From positions 672,001 through 736,000 of the forward strand of contig CAVQMO010000010.1 in the NCBI GenBank assembly GCA_963713605.1: 64,000 nt of DNA, given 5' to 3'. The stretch is from an uncultured Nitrososphaerales archaeon. GTDB taxonomy: Archaea; Thermoproteota; Nitrososphaeria; Nitrososphaerales; Nitrososphaeraceae. The notes under the pieces are model-generated. The model did not search any database, was not told the DNA's origin, and was given only the letters and a program-made list of their open reading frames with translations. This document shows, in pieces, positions 63,507-64,000 of the stretch (positions are counted from its first letter, which is position 1; every line of letters starts with the position of its first letter). Both the position numbers and the translations under genes were made by a program.

Positions 63507-63590
63507 TTTATCTTCTATATTTTTTAGCAACAAATTGCGTGTTGCAATCTAACTTTATTTATCTCAAAATAATTTTTGTGAGTAGATAAA

Positions 63591-63602
63591 TTTTATATAT
63601 AA
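63591..63602 (+). promoter_or_regulatory. TATA box of amoA (probably leaderless transcript)
   Basis: TTTTATATATAA about 21-32 nt upstream of ATG 63623. Confidence 0.65.
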
Positions 63603-63622
63603 CCTCTAGGAGAAAGTTGTTA

Positions 63623-64000
63623 ATGGTCTGGCTAAGACGTACAACGCATTATCTGTTCATAGTTGTCGTAGCTGTTAACAGCACGCTGCTGACTATTAAT
63701 GCAGGAGACTACATATTCTACACTGATTGGGCTTGGACTTCATTCGTCGTGTTCTCCATAGCGCAATCAACGATGCTTGTTGTAGGTGCCATCTATTACA
63801 TGTTGTTTACGGGAGTGCCAGGGACTGCGACCTACTACGCCACTATAATGACGATTTATACTTGGGTTGCGAAAGGGGCTTGGTTTGCTCTTGGATATCC
63901 ATACGACTTCGTTACGGTACCGGTGTGGATACCATCTGCAATGTTGCTGGACCTGTCTTACTGGGCAACAAGAAGGAACAAACACGCGGCGATACTAATA
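63623..64000 (+). CDS. amoA: Ammonia monooxygenase subunit A, truncated by window edge
   Basis: Manual translation MVWLRRTTHYLFIVVVAVNSTLLTINAGDYIFYTDWAWTSFVVFSIAQSTMLVVGAIYYMLFTGVPGTATYYATIMTIYTWVAKGAWFALGYPYDF... Confidence 0.99.
   Translation, partial: MVWLRRTTHYLFIVVVAVNSTLLTINAGDYIFYTDWAWTSFVVFSIAQSTMLVVGAIYYMLFTGVPGTATYYATIMTIYTWVAKGAWFALGYPYDFVTVPVWIPSAMLLDLSYWATRRNKHAAILI

Noticed and set aside
1..64000. Transposases, integrases, proviral or defence genes
   Set aside because: None recognised in any frame.

Overview
This window comes from an ammonia-oxidising archaeon (Nitrososphaerota, most likely a soil Nitrososphaerales lineage). The evidence is amoA/amoX/amoB and probable amoY/amoZ, the GDGT tetraether synthase Tes, an A-type ATP synthase, cobalamin genes, and TATA boxes about 25-30 nt before apparently leaderless starts. 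About 24-64 kb is mostly core genome. About 1-23.8 kb, on the 3' side of a tRNA-Ala(CGC), is accessory. The accessory part holds a ~14-kb catabolic cluster: an amidase, a PurE paralogue with a degenerate phosphoribosyl-binding loop, an FAH-family enzyme, a BMP-type purine/nucleoside ABC transporter, and FdrA + DUF2877 + DUF1116 + carbamate kinase (homologues of E. coli AllF/AllH/AllG/AllK). Two copies of a palindrome, TTATGA-N4-TCATAA, lie in its divergent promoter region. This is the best candidate for an undescribed system: a route to ammonia and ATP from ureides or N-heterocycles in a nitrifier. Other notable items are a secreted silk-like poly-Ala/Gly protein, a small soluble protein sharing the exact N-terminus MTLPKGFG with AmoX, a glutamate-racemase homologue with both catalytic Cys replaced by Ser, and a multi-site inverted-repeat array before an RHH regulator. 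Many genes, including essential ones, carry single-base frameshifts that are probably sequencing errors. All family assignments come from motif recognition; no database search was run.
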